A stretch of DNA of 64,000 nucleotides. Source: Octopus sinensis (taxonomy: Eukaryota). The notes under the pieces are model-generated. The model was not told where the DNA came from and searched no databases. It was given only the letters and a program-made list of their open reading frames with translations. Where the stretch lies: the NCBI RefSeq assembly GCF_006345805.1, contig NC_043001.1, forward strand, positions 60,946,001 to 61,010,000, read 5' to 3'. The position numbers and the translations under genes were made by a program. Shown here piece after piece: positions 24,831 to 37,984 of the stretch (positions are counted from its first letter, which is position 1; every line of letters begins with the position of its first letter).

Positions 24831-25050
24831 TTGTGTGTCTGTGTTTGTCCCCCTAGCATTGCTTGACAACCGATGGTGGTGTGTTTACGTCCCCGTCAGC
24901 TAGCGGTCCGGCAAAAAGAGACCGATAGAATAAGTACTAGGCTTACAAAGAATAAGTTCCGGGGTCGATTTGATCGACTAAATGCGGTGCTCCAGCATGG
25001 CCGCAGTCAAATGACTGAAACAAGTAAAAGAGTAAAGAGTAAAAGAGTAA
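24635..25050 (+). mobile_element. tRNA-derived CORE-like SINE family B
   Basis: GGAGTGGCTGTGTGGTAAG head, GGGTTCAGTCCC B-box-like, CORE-like CTTGGGCAAGTGTC, internal (TA)/(GT)n, tail (AAGAGTA)n. Confidence 0.8.
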
Positions 25051-25086
25051 TAATAATAATAATAATAATAATATTAATAATAGTAA

Positions 25087-25380
25087 TACCTGGAAATAGA
25101 GGTAAATCGTATGTGGAATGTAAAAACGGAAACAATTTCTATCATAGTAGATGCATTAGGTATGATAAAAATATATTCAGACAAATACGTAACAAAAACA
25201 CCAGGACTTACAAACACATATAGCATAGAGAACATTGCACTACTGGGCACTGCACACATCCTACGCGAAACGCTTTCAATACAGTAACCATCAGAGCATC
25301 ACAACAAATCACAGCACATACCCAAGGCACACAGAGCTGCCCTCGGTAGTGAAGTGAAGCATGCTATAAAAATAAAACTA

Positions 25381-25384
<4 letters not shown>
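25087..25384 (+). mobile_element. R4/Dong-type 3' fragment with complete 3' UTR in (TAA)n
   Basis: Same 5' start (ACCTGGAAATAGAGG) as 24389. Ends CTACTGAATAATAAT. Confidence 0.8.
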
Positions 25385-25455
<71 letters not shown>

Positions 25456-26029
25456 TAACAATAACGATAACGATAACGATAACGATAACGATGACGATGA
25501 TGATGATGATGATGATGAAAAAGAACACCGGAGACGTTTAGCATGTGGGAGCAATAAAACACTGCTACGATATCTATCCAAAAGTATCGGGAATAATGAC
25601 AACAAATGCGATCTGGAATAATTGAGAAAGTGTTGGACTATATACCAGTAAGTAATAGTCATTAAAGTTTATTTTTATTTGCCGAATGAAATGATGTATT
25701 TTAACTGTGTATGAACTCCATCAGTCGCACAACACGTGTAAACACGCTCGCCACATTACAGTCCAATCAACATCAGACCGTTCCGATCCAATACCACCAT
25801 ACACAGGAAAATGAGAAATAGGTTAGATAATACCCGTATTATTCAACCCAAGGATAATAAATGGGAAGTACGTACTTTAAAGTTATTACACAGAAAGTAC
25901 GAAAAACTGCACGTACGTAACTATCTAACACCAAAAATTAACGGACCTGTACCCAACGAAAATGATGGCAATCAAAATAAAGGCCAGACGCTATTCCTCA
26001 TGCCTCGCAAATAAAATTTAAAAAAGCAT

Positions 26030-26460
26030 AAATGAACACGTGCTTATTTTACAGCAGTTCTCTGTCCATTGAACGAAGACACAGCAACATATACATACAA
26101 AATCTGGAAAAGAAATAACCTAGATAAAGATTTGGATACAGCAGTGAACCCTAAATAAACTCGCTAACATGCGGAGATATATTCTCAAAACAAAACAAAT
26201 GTCATCAATAGAAATAGAACACTTCGATGGAAAAATAGATCAGGAAAACTTAGTAACCACACAGCAATGCCAAATAATATCATAAGCACTGGGACTATAA
26301 AATACGAAGACAGATGTAGCATATCCAACAAAAATGATGTAAACAATGAAAGACAACAATCCCAAACCATGGGAATGTATAATGTTGACGAAATTGCACC
26401 ACATGAGAACACCACAGACAAAAATATGAACGGGACGGAACACGACACAAATCTAAAACC
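26030..26460 (+). mobile_element. Decayed N-terminal ORF fragment of an RLE (R4/Dong-like) element, tentative
   Basis: AYFTAVL.P....TYKIWKRNN...KLANMRRYILKTKQMSSIEIEH resembles, from memory, the N-terminal domain of such ORFs. Confidence 0.4.
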
Positions 26461-26690
26461 TGGAAACAGTGAAGGTGAAAATAATGATTATGATACTTTG
26501 TATGTATTTATTGTCAACATCTTTCATTTACATTTATCTGTAAATAGGCTTCAGACAGACCTAATTTGGGGAAAAAAAAATTCCACCATTTAACTTTGTA
26601 AAAATGACCTCTGCAGTCGGAAGTCGATGGTGGTATATTTTTAAGCAGACGGTCAATCCTGTAGAGAAATCGGCATACAGCCTAATACCC

Positions 26691-27096
26691 TTTTACTTGT
26701 TTCAGTCATTTGACTGTGACCATGCTGGAGCACCGCCTTTTAGTCGAGCAAATTGACCCCAGGACTTATTCTTTGTAAGCCTAGTACTTATTCTCCCGGT
26801 CTCTTCTGCCGAACCGCTAATTTACGGGGACGTAAATACACCAGGATCGGTTGTCAAGCGATGCTGGGGATGGAGGCAAACACAGACACACAAACATATA
26901 CTGACACACTTACCTATATATATACACATATACGACGGGATTCTTTCAGTTTCCGTCTACCAAATCCACTCACAATGCTGTGGTCGGCCCGAGGCTATAG
27001 TAGAAGATACTTGCCTAAGGTGCCACGCAGTGGGACTGAACCTGGAACCATGTGGTTGGTAAGCAAGATACTTACCACACGGCCACTCCTGCGCCT
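26691..27096 (-). mobile_element. SINE family B, full length
   Basis: Reverse-complement homolog of 24635-25050. Confidence 0.85.
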
Positions 27097-27678
27097 ATCC
27101 TATTAATTTTCTAATACATACCGTGGGTGCCACCCAATCCGAGTAATTCACCTCTTTAGTGACTTCAATTGCCGCGAATGGTACATTTCTGTTTGGCTCA
27201 AATTCAGGTATAGCGTTTTCACTTACTTGGAAATAGGCTTCTGTCTTTCTACATCGACCTAGATCCTCTGACGTCACTTGCGGGAACGTTTTTTCAGGAC
27301 ATGGCAGCGAAGATGAGGGAAAAGGCGGCTAGAGAGACCTCGCCATGAATCTCTGGAATTTTACCCGCCCTAGATAGATACTTATATATGTTTGTGTATA
27401 TAGGGAACTTATGTTTAAAATATAGACTTCGTAATGTACAAAAATATGTTAATTTTATCTTTTATATTTTAAATGTTTCATATTTTCTTATTGACATTTT
27501 ACAGGGTTTTTTTAAATATTAGTGTTCCTAAACGCTTTTCCGATGTTTCAAAACTTTCATGGTTTCAAATAAAGAATTGAATTGAACATATTTTGCATTT
27601 GTGGTGTTCCTTAAGTACTGAGTAGATTAGAATAGTTAGTGCATGGGTTTTTATTTATGTTACGTAAGTTTATATATA

Positions 27679-28828
27679 TCAGGTTGAGTAAAAAGTAAGC
27701 AACGTTTTGAACAATGAAGAATTTGTACCGGATTTTTTAGAGTTTTTTTAAACAGGTTTTTGCAATAGTCTGATAATGCAGACATGGACTTGCTCAAATG
27801 CATCATTAAATAAACATTGATAATTTTCCACCGTTGTTACAATCATCTGAAATGGAACTGTCAAAGCGCGATATTCGAGCAATTTTCCTATTCAATTTCA
27901 AAAAAGTATGTAAAGTTGATGAAACTGCTCACGATATCAGCGAAAAGTTTGGTGATGAAATCACCTATGAGTGGTCAACGTAAAAATGGTTTAAACGATT
28001 CAGCAGTGGTAACCTGAGTCTTGCAGATCGTGAACGTTGTGGAGGCCCATCTGTCAGCAATGACAGTCAATTAAAGACCGTCATTGAGAAAGATCCATGT
28101 AAAACCACTTGGGAACTGGCAAAAATCTTCAAGTTAGCCAGAAAACTGCCTGCAACCAGTTGCATGTGATCAGACAATCAAAAAAGCTCGACAAATGGCT
28201 ACCACACGATTTGAATGAAAATCGGAAAATGCTCAGAAATGAAATTTGCTCGTCGCTTCTTCTCCATAATCAGACCGATCCATTTCTTGACTGTATTGTA
28301 ACTTGCAATGAGAAGTGGATTCTGTACAATAATAAAAAAAAAACATTCTTCGCAGTGGTTGGACCAAAATAAAGCACCGAAAACCTTCCCTAAAACAGAG
28401 CTCATCAAAAATGAGGTTATGGTACCTGTTTGGTGTTATACTGCTGACCTCATTCAGTATAAGTTCTTAAAATACGTGAAAACCATTACTGCAGAAACGT
28501 ATGGCCATGAAATTACCAAAATGAACGAAAACTTGCTACTCCCCCGGTCCGAAACTGGTCAACAGAAAAGGAACAATCACTCTCCATGACAAAGCTCGAA
28601 GATGCGTTTCGCTAATGATGCGCCAGAAGTTGAGAGAACTTGACTACGAAGTTCTTCCCCACCCAGCTTATTCCCAAGACTACCGATTACCACTTTTTCA
28701 AGCACCTTGATGGTTTCCTGCGAGAGAAGGAGTTAAAAAATCACACCGATTCTGAAATTCTGTTCAAAGAGTTCATAGGTTCCAGAACTCTGGAATAAAC
28801 AAACTTCTAACTCGTTGGGAAAATGCGT
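27679..28828 (+). mobile_element. Mariner transposase pseudogene (Hsmar1-like)
   Basis: IRAIFLF.FK, KWFKRF.SG.LSL.D.ER.G.PS, LDKWLPHDL (WVPHEL), IVTCNEKWILYNN, HD.AR, LPHPAYS.D, DYHFFKHLDGFL. Frameshifted; no right TIR. Confidence 0.9.
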
Positions 28829-29677
28829 TATATATATAATATAATATAATATAATATTTCTTCGTTTTGGTTTGCAAGATGTGAATTCGTATGTTGAAAC
28901 AAATTTTGTTGTGCATAGAGAGAGAGTCATAACGCCAGTATTAATAACACAAGTACAGGTTCAATCCCACATCCTTATTGTTAGTCAATTGGTTAAATAT
29001 TCAATGAACTAATCGATTTTTAGTTAAACAATCAATCGAATCTTTGTTGGTCAAAGTTTTTTGTTGGCTGTTCGCGAAACGTATTGACCCCCCCTCTCTC
29101 GCTCCAAGGCCCGTAAAGTCTACTTTGAGTATGTCTGAGAATTGTTTTTATGACTGTGTGTACGCATGTTTCCGTGTATATGCATGGGATGAGCGTTTTC
29201 TTACAAGCGGAGGTAAGGGCAATAATAAACTCGCACTTGCACAAACACATACAAACTCTTCGTTTACCCTCACCCTCATTTTCTTTTCTAAGCAAACACA
29301 CACCTACACACACATGCAACCATGCATACACGCAAACATTAGAGCAATTCTTATACAAACTCAGGGCAGCATAAGGGTATGTATGTATGTATGTATATAT
29401 GTATATATAGAGTGTCTGAAGTGGTGTACATTGTATTTTGAGAAAAAGGAGATATACAGAACTTTGGATTGTTCTTTATTGGTGCTTTCGTTCGTTTATC
29501 GAACTCGTGTGAATGAGAGAAAGAAAAGCAAGGAAAGGAGAGAAAATATTTCTCACCCATGTTTACTTTTCTTTCTCTCTTTACCCCTGCTTTTACCAAT
29601 TTGATTTTGTCTTGGCGAGTTTAATAAACGAAGGAGAGCGCCAATAAAGAATTATCAAAAATTCTTACTGCCTCCTT

Positions 29678-29755
<78 letters not shown>

Positions 29756-29842
29756 TATGTATGTATGTATGTATGTATATACATACACACACGCATATAT
29801 ATATATACATATATATGCATATGTACATACAAACGCATATAC

Positions 29843-29879
<37 letters not shown>

Positions 29880-30884
29880 CATATATACAGATATACTGAT
29901 ATATAAGCATAACGTATGTACTCACACATACATACGTATGCACTCACACATACATACATGCGCGTGCACAATTATAATTGTTAAGCAATGTACCCACTCT
30001 TCCAAATTTACAACATGCATGTAACATATTTGATGATAAAAATGTTCTTCTAAACGTATACCCGCAAACATCATAGTCAATTTATAGTATTATTGATGCA
30101 GCAAGGAACTGTAAGATATCGGCCTCAGAATGTCTTTGAACATCAATCACATTAAGTTTTATATATTATCATCATTCTTGTTATATTACTTGACTCTATC
30201 TTAATGTATATTGTCTAGCAGCTAAAGATATAGTGATATTTATGTACTTGTCAGAACATAAAATAAAAATAAGGAAAAATTATTCAGTGAATATTGCCAG
30301 GGGAAGAATAAATCCTCTTCATAAATCCCAACTTAAATGGAAATGTTTCTTGTTGTAAATTTGTAAGAGTTCACTTTCTTTGCCTAAACCAAAGTAAAAA
30401 TATATAGCTAATGATATTTATTTACTATCAAAATGTTTTCATTTGATTAGATTTATATTGTTTGAGCAGGAGAAACGTAACAGAACATAGAAGAAACCTT
30501 AGTTGGATGTAACTGATGGCTGTGACTTAGTATACCGTCTTCTTTATTGTTTACATAGTGTATAAGCTGCCAAAGTATGTTTACATGAATTGGGTAACTG
30601 ATGTGCTTGAACATTTATATAACCCCAGGATATTACACTACAGTCGAAATCAACAATTTTCCACTCCTACATATTACATAACCTTATTATAGAGCACGAT
30701 ATCCACGGTCAGTTGTTGTATGGATATACATTTTACGAATATATTCTTAATGACATTACGACAAAGAGGATCTGCTTTAAATTTTGTAATATTTTGTTAC
30801 ACAGCACATCTTAAAGTAGTAAATTTTTATTACCTCATTTACCATTGGCCGCAGCCATTGGATAATATATTGCTTCAGGCTTAC

Positions 30885-30892
30885 CTATTCGT
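30885..30892 (-). other. Candidate 8-nt microexon (weak)
   Basis: Minus strand ctacttctctttcgttattctcag|ACGAATAG|gtaagc. Splice-signal match only. Confidence 0.15.
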
Positions 30893-32194
30893 CTGAGAAT
30901 AACGAAAGAGAAGTAGATGGTGTATCGCCTGATAACACAGGCTATCACGCTATGTATTGTAAAAAAAATTTCAAATGGTACTTGACGGAAGATAGTTGGC
31001 TGCAGCATCCCTTTTGTACTGTCATCATCATAGTTTGCATACAAGCAAGCATGAGAAACATACATTACCAAATCCAATTTAAATGTGCTTAGAAACAAAC
31101 AAAAAAGGGTACGGTTTAATCTTCATTCCAACTATTTTAAGCTCTTACATTATATAAAATGAGGAGGGAAAGTAAGAATTTCGAACCATGAGACACTATA
31201 TTATACATATATAATATTCAAATCGAAACTAGATGGAAAGGATAGTTCACTTGTAATTCATTTCCATGTTTAAATCTTAATACAAATGGAAAGCGGTATA
31301 AGAATATTTATTAAAGAAGAGTATATACATAGAGGCAAGCAAGAAAATACACCACAATTCATTTGTTATTCAAATATCGATACGAAGATCAGTGATACTT
31401 GAGAGGTGTATAAAAGAAATCTGCTCTCTCACATTAAAATTGGTAGAATACATTGAAATTTTCTTAGAATCCTATCATATGATGGACACTATCCAAAAAG
31501 AAAAGGTTAGAAAAGTGGTTTTAAATCAGTGTGGACACAGAGTAAACATTTAGTACCCACTAAACAACGAATGCAAAGATAAATGCTTAAAATTGAACTA
31601 AAGGAACCTACAGCTCGGTAACAAACTCCTCGAGAAATAACCACTCCTATCTAACCACATACTTTTTGAACCAGGGCACCCTAGTTAAAATCTAGAAGAG
31701 AAACATTCTGCATGTCACCAAAAGGTTATATATTGGTCGTATTAGCTTGAGGCTAATAACTATTAGCATGGAGTTTGGCATCTGTTGACTCGGGCCCGTT
31801 ATGCTTTTGAAAAGTGTGAGGTGCCTTTAATCAACCTAAGACAAAAATGATAACTTAGATTATGTCACACTTGTTGAGCAATGAATGTTAGTTGCGGATA
31901 GATTTTCCCCAAAAAATTTGGTAATATAAAAATTAGTATACTAAAAACTTAGTTTTGTATATTATTTATATTTGAAATACTACAATTAGCGGTCATTTTT
32001 GACGGCACGGGGCTACCTAGTAATAACAATAATAGACAAGACAAAGGGCGCGATGCAACTGCCATAAATATTTTATTGGTTGAACGATATTTCGATAGCA
32101 GGTCAGTCTTTGTCAAATTCAAAATGGAAAGTGATAAAAATTCAAAATTATAGAGATTTAAATCTAAATTATGGACGTGAACAACAAATTGAAC

Positions 32195-32269
<75 letters not shown>

Positions 32270-32851
32270 GCCCTGATGCAGTACCAGGCAGTGGCTCTCA
32301 ATGCCCTGAGGCAGTACCAGGCAGTGGCTCTCATGGCTTCTGATCTTAACTGATTGGAAGTGTTATCATGTACATTGTTTTGTCTTGGTATAAAAGATGG
32401 GCTACAGCAAATATTCTGCTCAATAGATTTGCTTGTCAGTTGTTTGACCTTAACCAGTTGAGCATGTCACTTAGTGGCTGACGATATGTGCATCTCTGAT
32501 TACGAGCAGAAGTAGTGGGGGAGCATCATAGCCATGTGTTGAGAGGGATTCTTTAGGGTTTGAATAATTCACCTCTGGAAACATGGGTAGTTCTTTCAAC
32601 ATCCTTAAACAACCCTTATTCAGGGACCTTTTGAGCGGGATGGGCTACTCAACCTGAAGAAAATTCTAACTGGGCCCCACCTGCAAGGTCATGTGCTGTT
32701 TATCTTGATATGGGATCACCATGTCGTGCACATATGGTTGTGATGCATGTGCCCGGTGTACCCTTATCAGACGGGTAGTCATGATGGGTATATTGGGCTT
32801 CGTGTATTTTACCCCAGTGTCACTTTGATGGCTTACACTGCTCTCTCACTC

Positions 32852-32852
<1 letters not shown>
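32270..32852 (+). mobile_element. 550-bp (TAA)n-embedded element, copy 2, with 33-nt 5' duplication
   Basis: Homology to 22801-23350. GCCCTGA(T/G)GCAGTACCAGGCAGTGGCTCTCA occurs at 32270 and 32303. Confidence 0.85.
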
Positions 32853-32884
<32 letters not shown>

Positions 32885-32937
32885 TAATAATAATATAATA
32901 ATAATAATATAATAATAATAAAATAATAATAATAATA

Positions 32938-33005
<68 letters not shown>

Positions 33006-33045
33006 TAATAATAATAATAATAATGATAACAATAATGATAATAAT
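32853..33045 (+). repeat. (TAA)n microsatellite
   Basis: Direct reading. Confidence 0.95.
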
Positions 33046-33478
33046 CCCGTAATGCAGTAACAGGTAGTGGTCCACGTGTCTTCTGATCTTAACTGATTGG
33101 AAGTGTCAACATGTACGTGTTTTGTCTTGTGTAAAAGATGGTCTATAACACATAATCTTCTCAGTACCACATATTTGCTTGCCGGTTGCCTGACCCTGTT
33201 ACTGGGTGATGATATGTGCATCTATGACCACAAGCAGGAGTAGTGGGGGGAATTTATATTCTTATGTTGATAGGAATTCTCTGGGGTTTGAATAATTCAC
33301 CCCAGAAAAAAAATGGATGTTTCGTTCATCATTTATAAAACAATCCTTATGGAGGAACCTTTTAGGCCGGACGAACTACTCGACTCTTATCAAACGAGTT
33401 TTCATGATGGTTATATTGTGCTTCGTATATTTATAAACCAGCGTCATGTTGATGGCATGCGCTGCTTTCTCACTTGAT
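33046..33478 (+). mobile_element. 550-bp element, older and deleted copy 3
   Basis: Shares TTCTGATCTTAACTGATTGGAAGTG, GGGGTTTGAATAATTCACC and GGCATGCGCTGCT.TCTCACT. Confidence 0.75.
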
Positions 33479-33486
33479 AATTAAAG

Positions 33487-33685
33487 AAAACAATCCTTTC
33501 TACTACAGGTACAAGGTCTGATATTTGGAGAAGGGAATAGTCGATTACATCGACCCCAGTGCGCCACTGGCACTTTTATCGACCCCGAAAGGATGAAATG
33601 CGAAGTTGACCTCGGTAGAACGTGAACTCAGAATGTAAGGACAGACGAACTACTGGCGTGCTAACGATTCTGCCAGTTCACATTA
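33487..33685 (-). mobile_element. SINE family A
   Basis: GTCGATTACATCGACCCCAGTGCG, CGACCCCGAAAGGATGAAA, CGTGCTAACGATTCTGCCAG. Confidence 0.8.
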
Positions 33686-33702
33686 TAATCAAAGTAGTAG
33701 TG

Positions 33703-34015
33703 AGGGCGCGTGGCTTAGTGGTTATGGTGTTTGGCTCACGATCTTAAGGTCGTAAGTTTGATTCCCGGCGCCGTGTTGTGTCCTTGAGCAAGACACATTA
33801 TTTCAAGTTGCTCCAGTCTACTTGGCTGGAAAATTTGAATATTACCTGTATTTCAAAGGGCTAAACTAGTCCCATTCTCTGTCACGCTGAATCTCCCTGA
33901 GAAATATGTGGAGTGCTCAGCCACTTGCACGCTAATCTCACGAACAGCCTGTTCCGTTGATCGGTTCAACTGGAACCTCATCGTCGTAAGCGATGAAGTG
34001 CCAGTTTTTCTAGTG
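33703..34015 (+). mobile_element. tRNA-headed CORE-like SINE family C
   Basis: A-box GTGGCTTAGTGG, B-box-like GTTTGATTCCC, CORE-like GTGTCCTTGAGCAAGACAC. Not an intact tRNA. Confidence 0.7.
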
Positions 34016-34604
34016 GTGGTGGTGGTATTAGTAGTAGTAACTGTTGTTGTTGGAGTAGTAATGCCCATGTCGGACGATATTTCATGGTGGGTATAATGGG
34101 TTTCGTATATTTGTACCTTAGCGTCACTTAAATGGCAATGATGATGATGATGATGATGGTGATATATTTCAAATTTTGCAATATGTCAGCAAATTTAGAT
34201 AAACTTTAATTAGATTACCTCGAAACCAGTGATCAACAGATAGCGATTTTATCCAACCCGAAATGATGTAAGTCAAAGTCAACCTCGAAGTAATTTTGAA
34301 ATCAGATCATAGAGGCTGGAGAAAGTGCTGTAAATCATTTTGGCCAACGCGCCAGGAAATCCAGCGAATTTAGAGTGCTGGCAGTCGATTATATGAACCC
34401 TAGTATTGCTATTTAATTATGTTGACCTCGGAGGAAGAAAATGCAGAGTTGACCTCGGCCAAATACCGCTCGCCACTTTGTCGGACACTGCAACGATTCT
34501 GCCACAACACAAATGCATTAAGCATAAAACATACGCATAGTACACAAATAAATGCCTGGCGCAGGTGTCAACCAATGATCCCTATCATACAGTATAATTT
34601 TGAT

Positions 34605-35136
34605 TACGAGGGGTAATTACCTGCTCCCTTAACGTTATTGCTCTCTTTTTTGGTATAACCTGCGAGGAAACCATGACACACTTGAAATTTGCTGAGCTTC
34701 TATCCTAGGCTGTGTCCAATTTACAGCAGTAGAGTAATTTATCTTCTACTCCTGTTTTCCATTCCAGCTAGAACTTGAAATGTCGACGAGAAATGTTGAC
34801 TGAAGTGTCTTCGACAACATATCACTATTCGTCATAGCTAACAGAGAATCTTTTCTTCTTCATTAAAGGAGGGTGGCTTGACGATTTTCTTGGTAGACCC
34901 CATGTTACTAGGATCCGCTCTACACGCTGAATTATCTGTTGCACATATAATTGTGCCGTAGGTGTGTGTGTGAATTTTAGACTACCTATTTGAAGGCATT
35001 TCGCGCATTCAGGATTTCATCTGGAACAGGCAGTGCTATCCTTTGGTAACTACTAAAGCTTGGCACTGCTCGGTCTAGGATTTACATAAGAATCCTACAA
35101 AAATAGAAGTATGTTTACATCTCGCAACCCCTCGTA
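34605..35136. mobile_element. Possible mariner-derived MITE
   Basis: Terminal inverted 10-mers TACGAGGGGT (34605-34614) and ACCCCTCGTA (35127-35136). The similarity does not extend further. Confidence 0.3.
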
Positions 35137-35764
35137 GTTACTCGATAACTTCACCGTTCTTCTCTGCCACTATTTTTCTATAGATTGGTAACATGGAACT
35201 TCCACTAGATGCACTTTCTGAAAGATGGCAGATAATAAAGTAATCATTCTCACGATAGGTATTAGTTAATAGTAATAAACAAGCAGATAGATACAAAAGA
35301 ATATTTTAGGACATTATTTTTTACAAATAGAATACAAGCACAAATCTCTTCACCGAGAGGTTCATAATAGTGTTATTCAATACAAACAAAACAACTTACC
35401 AATACTACATAATCTCAAACAAATACACATAATACTACACAGATGCCACTACATTACTCATGCTGTTAATATACATACGTAATCGATATAGGCATCTTTA
35501 AAATACCAACAAACTCACATGGCTCATACAACATCAGTTTACATGATGGAGTAACATCCATACGAATGTTAAAAACTCTCATGGTCAAATTCCAGTTTCA
35601 GTTATGAATTAAAAAGTTATTCAATGCAAAATGAGCAGCTCAGTAAGGAAACTGTAAACATACTTAAGATTAAAATCATTTGTTTTAACCAAAGAAATCA
35701 ATTTACTTCCTTTGAATTTTGAGCTTTCATTCTCCTCAAATTGCAATATGTCAGAATGTTGCAA

Positions 35765-35815
<51 letters not shown>

Positions 35816-37311
35816 TGTGTGTGTGTGTGTGTGTGGCGTGCGTGCGTGCGTGCGTGCGTGTGTGCGTTTGTTTTCGTGTGTTTGCGTGCGTTTAATGAGT
35901 GAGTGTACACATTTCAAATACACATTATTTGATTCTAATTCTTATCCTGCAACCGACATTGTTTTAGTCTCAGGATAGTAAATACTTGTTTTATGTTACA
36001 CATCCGTAGTTACACAAACGCATAGGCATGAAGTTATATGTGCAAGCAGATAACACATGCACCGTTGACACTGTGTGATCACACTCTCCTAACATTCTTC
36101 TCCTCTCAACATTCATACCTTATCAGCAAAACTCATATACTACACTTTTAAGAAATAAAAGCATCAATAAATGTATGTGTACTCTCAAAAACATTTTTCT
36201 CATCACTGTTATGTTTCTAATACTCCCTTTCATATTTATACTGTATTGTCTGCATCGCACAGAATTTATATCATTGTACATTCTTTTACACACACAATAT
36301 ACAGGCCTTTCACATATTTCTTTTTTTATTCATCTATTCTTCTCCATTTCCTACTCTGATGTACTCATACATTAACATACCTCCCAGTGTCAGTTTATAG
36401 GAAGTTAGATGAATACGCACGATAGGTTTGTCGATGAATTTCCCTAACAGAAATGTTCATTCTAGGTGAATATCTTCATAATGATAATGGCAGTATCCAA
36501 CGGTATTCGATTCTGTATTGGTCAGGCTTCACGTAACCAGCTTCCGGCCGGTTTTACAGCAATACTTAATTTCTACATCTTGCCCAGAGGCGCTTCAATT
36601 TATGGTGTTCGCAAAGCCTGAGCGGACATTCGACGTACAATGAAAAGTCATCTATTTCTTTCTTATTCACCTTCCTATACGGAAATAATTTCACTAAGTT
36701 TTACTGAATTAACCGCGCACAGACATAACCGCATTTACAGAGACATTTATATCCCAATATATAGCTAGAAGCAGTCGCTTCATTATAACAGAATGACTGT
36801 GTACCTCCTAACATGCATATGTATTTGTGAATATACTTAATCGTACAAATATGCACTTAACACGTATATACCGACAAGGTAGATGACAAAGAAGGACACT
36901 TATACAGATATAGCTAGCATCCATACACACATTAAAATATACTAATAAGGGAGCACACATTTACACAAAGCTATTTGTATACATGCACAAAGAAATGCAC
37001 ACGCAGACACACACGCACACAGACAGGCTCACACTTACATAGACTCATACACCAAGAAAATAATATTCTTACCGAAATTCATATATGTGTGAGTGCATTA
37101 TGTATGTGCGTAGTTTGTCTGTAAGAAAAAAGGGATAATTTGTCATCACTATCTTCGAAAATATCCATTTCTTATTAGTGTATTATGAAGAATATAAACA
37201 TGATATATGTCTGGACATATCTTTCTCTGTTCTTTTGTCTGGCGGAAATACATGACTTCTAATTCTCTTTCTCTATCTGTTTCAATATATACATATACAT
37301 ATGTCTGTATG

Positions 37312-37368
<57 letters not shown>

Positions 37369-37578
37369 GTGTGTGTGCGTGTGTATGTATGTATGTATGT
37401 ATGTATTATTATTAAATTAAGGGCTTTTACTCTAAGTAAAGCCACACGCTGGGAAGGCACGCTAAAGTCAAACTACTCCTTCAAATATACACGTGCGGGA
37501 GTCGAGGAAATGACCAAAGGAAAAAAAATAAGGTTTAGTTGCATATCGAAACGATTTCATGGTCAGCTCTGTAACACA

Positions 37579-37806
37579 CTCTTTACTCTTTTACTCTTTT
37601 ACTTGTTTCAGTCATTTGACTGCGGCCATGCTGGAGCACAGCCTTTAATCGAGCAACTCGACCCCGGGACTTATTCTTTCTGTAAGCCCAGTACTTATTC
37701 TATCGGTCTCTTTTTGCCGAACCGCTAAGTAACGGGGACATAAACACACCAGCATCGGTTGTCAAGCAATACTAGGGAGACAAACACAGACACACAAACT
37801 CACACA

Positions 37807-37866
<60 letters not shown>

Positions 37867-37929
37867 TACGACGGGCTTCTTTCAGTTTCCGTCTACCAAA
37901 TCCACTCACAAGGCTTTGGTCGACCCGAG
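37579..37929 (-). mobile_element. SINE family B, 5'-truncated
   Basis: Homolog of 24635-25050 including the (TACTCTT)n tail. Confidence 0.8.
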
Positions 37930-37984
37930 GAGGATGATCCGGTTCTTGACTGAAGATTAGAGGCTTCGAATGACCCGTACGTGT

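Noticed and set aside
31990-32021. Helitron 3' end (GGCACGGGGCTACCTAGT)
   Set aside because: CTAG-T is present but the hairpin is incomplete and no 5' end was found.
33703-33775. tRNA gene
   Set aside because: A/B boxes are present but no convincing cloverleaf, and it runs into a CORE-like SINE body.
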